Source: a virus
Taxonomy: Duplodnaviria; Caudoviricetes
Length of the DNA: 29,006 bases
IMG/VR virus record: IMGVR_UViG_3300027640_000016
Span: 1 to 29,006 of that record
Reading direction: 5' to 3' (one strand)
The notes below the pieces were generated by a model. It saw only the letters and a list, made by a program, of their open reading frames with translations. It searched no databases and was not told the DNA's origin. A program made the translations under genes and the position numbers. This document shows, piece after piece, positions 24,534 through 29,006 of this stretch. Every line of letters starts with the position of its first letter. Positions within the stretch are counted from its first letter, which is position 1.

Positions 24534-24881
24534 ATGTTAACATCAGAGCAAGTTTTTGACATGCTGCCAAATGTAGTTGATATATACGATAAGTTAAACT
24601 TAGACGCATATATCAAATCAAAAAGGAAAGAAAATAAGGGTAAAAAAGTTGACGCTACAGAGGTTGGAATTAGTGCCTTTAAACATGTTTTAAAAAATTC
24701 TGGAAAAGTAAAAAATGAAGTGTTTCAAATTGTTGCAATAGCCGAAAGTAAATCGGTTGAAGAGGTTAAGGATCAGCCATTTATTAAAACATTTAACACA
24801 TTGAAAAATGTTTTTTCAGACAAAGAGGCAGTGGATTTTTTCAAACAAGCTATGCCGTCGGTGGGTACGAAGACACCTTAA
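24534..24881 (+). CDS. tail assembly chaperone (gpG equivalent)
   Basis: Between the major tail and tape measure genes. Ends ...VDFFKQA... over a slippery T TTT TTC. Confidence 0.85.
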   Translation: MLTSEQVFDMLPNVVDIYDKLNLDAYIKSKRKENKGKKVDATEVGISAFKHVLKNSGKVKNEVFQIVAIAESKSVEEVKDQPFIKTFNTLKNVFSDKEAVDFFKQAMPSVGTKTP

Positions 24882-25156
24882 ACCTTCTGCATAGCTATTA
24901 TGATTTTAGTTATATTCTCAAACTCAAAAAATCTAATCTTACAAGATTGTTAATTAAGGCTTTTGATAAAAAGCAGGAAAAGAGGCTTTGGGATATCTGG
25001 TCTTTAAAATATCCTCATATGACTCATGAAGATTTTATCAGTTTTGAAGATTTTAAAAAGGAAAGCTTAACGCCAAAATCAACAATAACAGAAAAATCAC
25101 TTGAAGAAATTGAAGAGGAAATGAACAAAGTAATAACTCGCTATGAGGGGCGGTGA
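24534..25156 (+). CDS. tail assembly chaperone -1 frameshift product (gpGT equivalent, about 207 aa)
   Basis: Slippery heptamer TTTTTTC at 24836-24842. The -1 frame is open from 24839 to the stop at 25156 and includes ORF 24947..25156. Confidence 0.8.
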
Positions 25157-25161
25157 GGTAA

Positions 25162-26847
25162 TTGGAGCTGTTCAAACTTTTTGGCAGCATACTGGTAGAT
25201 AGTGACGAAGCGAATAAATCAATATCCAAAACTGACAAAAACGCTGAGGGCTTGGGTAAAAAGCTAGGCGACGGTATAAAAACAGCTGCTAAGTGGGGCA
25301 CTGCCATATTTGCTGGAGCCGCAGTAGCAGGTGGAGCTATGCTAGGGCTAGGCGTTAAAGTTGGTGATATGGCTGATGCAATACTTGACCTTAATTCAAT
25401 TACAGGTATGAGCACCGATTCAATACAAAAGTGGCGCAAAGCAACCGAAGTTGCCGGGGTAGCTCAAGACGCTATGACAAATGCTTCAGCCAAGTTAACT
25501 AAGAGCCTTGATGCTATGTCTGAGGGCTCGAATAAAGGCAATGAAGCTCTGAGCAAACTCGGTTTTAGTTTGCAAGATATCGAAAGTATGTCTGCTGACG
25601 AACGAATGGATATTCTAACAGAAGCTTTGGCGGGTGTTGAAGACAAGACCGAACGGGCAAGACTTGGAACAGACCTATTCGGCGGCTCATGGAAGGAAAT
25701 AGCACCTGTCGTTGATTTAGGTACAGAGGCTATGCAAAAAGCCAAGGATAGCGCCAACATTATCTCAAACGATGATCTAGTAAAAGCTAATGAGTTTCGC
25801 ATAAAAGTTGCAGATATGAAAGACCAAGTAAGTTTTTTTGCAACTAAAATTGGTATAAGTTTGTTGCCTATGCTAACTGGTTTTTTTGATTGGATACAAC
25901 AATATATGCCCGAGATACAAGCAGGTTTTAAATTTGTTTTTGATTTTATCGGCGCAGCTATTTCTTTAGCTGTCGAATGGGTTGGAAAACTTATAAGCTG
26001 GCTTAAACAATGGCAGAGTGACAACAGCGAAACTCTAGCGAGGATTAAAGATACATTCATGGCATTTTTTGAAGCGGTCTATGGCTTTATTGAAGGTTTT
26101 ATCCAGCTGGCCATGGCGATCTGGAACAAATACGGCGAAGATATTACCGCTGTATTTAAAGCTATCTGGGATACAATCACTACAATATTAGATGTCGCTA
26201 TAACCATCATAACAGATATATTCAATATCTTTGCAAAACTTTTCAAGGGTGATTGGGAAGGGCTATGGAATGGTGTTAAGAAGCTATTCTCGGATGTTTG
26301 GGACGGCATCGGCAGGATACTCGAAAAAGCTATTGAGTATGTTAAATCCGTTATAAAGTTGTTCGGAAATGTATTGAGCGACATTTGGTCGGGTATATGG
26401 AACGGCATCAAAAACGTTTTAAATAAATTGTGGGACGACATGGTTGGCAGGATTAAAGAATCGGTAAACAAAATCAGAGAAATGATCCAAAACGTTTTGG
26501 ACTTCTTCCAGAGAGCTAAAGACAAAGTAAGCGACTTTGTATCAGGGGCTAAAGAAAAGGTATCAAACTTTTTCGGCGGGGGTGAAGAAGACGCGGATGT
26601 AGAAGGGTTAGCTTCGGGTGGTAAAACCCTTACTGCAGGTAGGGTGTTGGTTGGAGAACAAGGTCCTGAATTTCTCGACTTGCCTAGAGGGGCAAAGGTA
26701 ACACCTCTAGATCACCCATCCTTAGCGCAAGGCGGCATAACTTTTGCCCGCGGAGCGTTTGAGGGAGCTGTCATCATGGACGATTATGGCGTTGATAGAC
26801 TAATGGATAAAGTCGTTGGCAGAATGAGAGCGTTGGGGGCGAACTAA
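25162..26847 (+). CDS. tape measure protein (561 aa)
   Basis: MELFKLFGSILVD N-terminus, periodic W/F amphipathic repeats, C-terminal LASGG...LVGEQGPE...LP.G.KVTP. Confidence 0.92.
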   Translation: MELFKLFGSILVDSDEANKSISKTDKNAEGLGKKLGDGIKTAAKWGTAIFAGAAVAGGAMLGLGVKVGDMADAILDLNSITGMSTDSIQKWRKATEVAGVAQDAMTNASAKLTKSLDAMSEGSNKGNEALSKLGFSLQDIESMSADERMDILTEALAGVEDKTERARLGTDLFGGSWKEIAPVVDLGTEAMQKAKDSANIISNDDLVKANEFRIKVADMKDQVSFFATKIGISLLPMLTGFFDWIQQYMPEIQAGFKFVFDFIGAAISLAVEWVGKLISWLKQWQSDNSETLARIKDTFMAFFEAVYGFIEGFIQLAMAIWNKYGEDITAVFKAIWDTITTILDVAITIITDIFNIFAKLFKGDWEGLWNGVKKLFSDVWDGIGRILEKAIEYVKSVIKLFGNVLSDIWSGIWNGIKNVLNKLWDDMVGRIKESVNKIREMIQNVLDFFQRAKDKVSDFVSGAKEKVSNFFGGGEEDADVEGLASGGKTLTAGRVLVGEQGPEFLDLPRGAKVTPLDHPSLAQGGITFARGAFEGAVIMDDYGVDRLMDKVVGRMRALGAN

Positions 26848-26848
26848 G

Positions 26849-28315
26849 TTGAGGCAATATATGATAGACGGTGAATATGTTCGTGTTGCGCCGAACTGGA
26901 CAATATCAGATAAGATTAACTCTCGCACAACTTTAAGCATAACAGTTGTTGATTTACTTAACCTCGACAAAATCGACAATGGCGATGAAATAAAAATAAT
27001 CGACAATAGCGAAGAAATATTTGTCGGCGTCGTTCGTAACTTACAGAAAAGAGAGCCTAGCCCTAACGTGCTCGAATATGCAATTAGCGCAGTAGATAAT
27101 TCAGCTTTAGCTGATAAGCGAATTATAGCTAAAGTCTACACAGCCCAAACTGCAGGCTACATAGTTAGAGACATCATTGCTGAAAAACTTGGTGAAGAGG
27201 GCGTAATAGAAGGCGTCATCCAAGATGGTCCATTAATCAAAAAAGCCGTATTCAATTATAAGAAATGTTCGGAGGCTTTGGACTATCTGAAAAAGGTAAC
27301 AGGCTACAACTGGACAATAGACAAAGATAAAAAGCTAAACTTTTTTGACCGCAGCACTAACTTAGCTCCCTTCACTTTGGATGACTCAGTTCAACATTCT
27401 AACTTTGTTCAAGATTCTGCAATGGACCAATATCGCAACACTCAATACACTCGAGGTGGGAAAGGCAAGACAGCATCTCAAACTAACGAAACTCCAACTC
27501 CTAAACCGGATGGCGAGTCCAGAAATTTTGTGTTGAGGTTTCCGATTGCTGAAAAACCTGTTATCGAAGTCAATCTTGGTGGGTTAGGATGGATTACAAT
27601 AGGCCCTGCCGATATTGGCGTCAATGGGCTAGATAAAAACAAGAAATGGTACTTTAGCTTTGGTAGTCAAATAATCACTCAAGATAGCGCAGAAACTGCC
27701 TTAGATTCTGTGAATAGCGATGCAGTAAGGATGACGTATACAGGACTTAGGAACCTATTCGTCAAGATAGACGACCCTGTAGAGATAAACGCTAGGAGAG
27801 AAGCAGAAACAGGCACTAGCGGGATATATGAAAGCCTAGCGATAGAAACGTCTATTGACGAATCAGACCAAGCGATACAGTTTGCAGAAGGTTTAATTGA
27901 GACATACGGAGAGATAAAAGACAGCATCACATTTAACACGAATGTTAGCGACTTAAAAGCTGGTCAGTTATTACCAGTACAAAAGCCGCTTTATGGCATA
28001 AACGACGACTTTTTAATTGAGTCAGTGACGATTAGACCTGATGGCAACCTTATCTTATATTCGGTGAAGGCTCTCGACGGAGCTTCTATCGGCGGATGGG
28101 AAGAGTTTTTCAAGGAGCTACTAAAAGGCAATAGAGACTTTGTTATAGCTGAAAACGAGGTATTAATCTTACTACAGACACAATCAGAATCAGAAGGCTA
28201 TCAAGGAAGCTATGATATTAAAGTTGTAGAAAGTGACTATCCCGCAGAGGATGCTTATCCTGCAGAAGATAGTTTCCCTGGTACAATCACAAGCGAGGTG
28301 ACGATTAATGATTAA
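26849..28315 (+). CDS. baseplate hub / Tal-like tail tip protein
   Basis: Follows the tape measure gene. EALDYL..VTGYNW.ID.DK.L.FF and LKAGQL..V....GI.DDFLIESV hub-like segments. Confidence 0.7.
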   Translation: MRQYMIDGEYVRVAPNWTISDKINSRTTLSITVVDLLNLDKIDNGDEIKIIDNSEEIFVGVVRNLQKREPSPNVLEYAISAVDNSALADKRIIAKVYTAQTAGYIVRDIIAEKLGEEGVIEGVIQDGPLIKKAVFNYKKCSEALDYLKKVTGYNWTIDKDKKLNFFDRSTNLAPFTLDDSVQHSNFVQDSAMDQYRNTQYTRGGKGKTASQTNETPTPKPDGESRNFVLRFPIAEKPVIEVNLGGLGWITIGPADIGVNGLDKNKKWYFSFGSQIITQDSAETALDSVNSDAVRMTYTGLRNLFVKIDDPVEINARREAETGTSGIYESLAIETSIDESDQAIQFAEGLIETYGEIKDSITFNTNVSDLKAGQLLPVQKPLYGINDDFLIESVTIRPDGNLILYSVKALDGASIGGWEEFFKELLKGNRDFVIAENEVLILLQTQSESEGYQGSYDIKVVESDYPAEDAYPAEDSFPGTITSEVTIND

Positions 28316-28760
28316 TGAGTTTGGTTGGCAGGGGTTAATCGAGATACTTGTAAACGGTAAATTCGACGCAATAATTTATAACAGAGTAATGGATGAGGCT
28401 CTTGATCAGTTAGCTAAATCGTTGATGGGTATAGCACCAGACATTGAGATTAAATATTTAGCAGTAGGCACAAGTAATACAGCGGTTACCAATACCCAAA
28501 CTCAATTAGTAGCTGAGATATTTAGGACGCCAATCACCGTACCAGCGTCAAGGACTAGCGTCGGCGTAATACAAAACGAATTTGTTGTTTTGGACAGCGA
28601 AGCAGTAGCACAGATTGAAGAAATAGGCATATTTGGTGGCAGTACAGCAACGGCAGTGGCAGACACAGGTATATTAATTAGCCGTGTTTTGTGGAGCAAG
28701 AACAAATCAAACAGCGAAGAGATAAGCTTTAAACGAATCGATAAGGTGGTGAGAGGTTAA
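28308..28760 (+). CDS. tail/baseplate fibre-attachment protein
   Basis: N.V...L..LA...IKYLAVGT..T.......L..EIFR...EA...I.EIGIF...G.L.SR pattern. Confidence 0.65.
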   Translation: MINEFGWQGLIEILVNGKFDAIIYNRVMDEALDQLAKSLMGIAPDIEIKYLAVGTSNTAVTNTQTQLVAEIFRTPITVPASRTSVGVIQNEFVVLDSEAVAQIEEIGIFGGSTATAVADTGILISRVLWSKNKSNSEEISFKRIDKVVRG

Positions 28761-29006
28761 TGTCGCTGATAAGCTATATAAAAACACTTTGGCAAAATGG
28801 AGTATCTCCGGCTTTGAATGATACTAATCTTAATAAAATAGAGCAAGGCATATATGATGTTACTGAGCAAGTTATTGCACATGAGGCTGATGTTACGAAT
28901 CCGCATGGAGTCACAGTAGCTCAAATTGGGGCGTCAAATGCAATCTATACAGGTTCACCTGCCGTTGACCCAAACACTACTCAAACAGCTTATATGTTAA
29001 CCAACC
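28760..29006 (+). CDS. tail fibre / receptor-binding protein, 3'-truncated (not in ORF track)
   Basis: MSLISYIKTLWQNGVSPALNDTNLNKIEQGIYD...HEADVTNPHGVTVAQIG... open to the end of the window. Confidence 0.75.
   Translation, partial: MSLISYIKTLWQNGVSPALNDTNLNKIEQGIYDVTEQVIAHEADVTNPHGVTVAQIGASNAIYTGSPAVDPNTTQTAYMLTN

Noticed and set aside
25053-26525. Long minus-strand ORFs (128, 198 and 148 aa)
   Set aside because: Antisense shadows of the tape measure gene with no recognisable motifs.
1541-28705. Other short minus-strand ORFs in the track
   Set aside because: Nearly all lie opposite well-supported plus-strand genes and show no motifs. The window is consistently plus-strand coding.

Overview
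This 29 kb window is a contiguous, all plus-strand segment of a temperate-type tailed phage or prophage of a low-GC Gram-positive (Bacillota) host, probably a spore former. It starts inside an 18-bp tandem-repeat gene. It then runs through recombination genes (SMC-like ATPase, RecT, DUF3799 nuclease), replication genes (initiator, DnaC/IstB-like loader), DNA-modification and nucleotide-metabolism genes, RecU and a putative late activator with its promoter. Packaging genes, an HK97-type head and a siphovirus-like tail follow, and the window ends inside a tail-fibre gene. No integrase, repressor, lysis genes, tRNA, CRISPR array or reverse transcriptase is visible. Most notable: (1) a C5 DNA methyltransferase whose motif-IX half is encoded in an overlapping frame, with a G10 tract that currently switches the main frame off; (2) two different small-terminase-like genes, with pac-like repeats and a cos-like site, plus an HNH/P-loop fusion, for a single TerL; (3) two matching antisense promoter-terminator mini-units; (4) a DUF5131 gene that lost its Cys motif through a deletion rescued by a compensatory frameshift; (5) a MazG-like/deoxyribosyltransferase-like fusion; (6) Ig-like domains on both the head-tail adaptor and the major tail protein. 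All product calls come from motif recognition and gene order by eye, with no database search.
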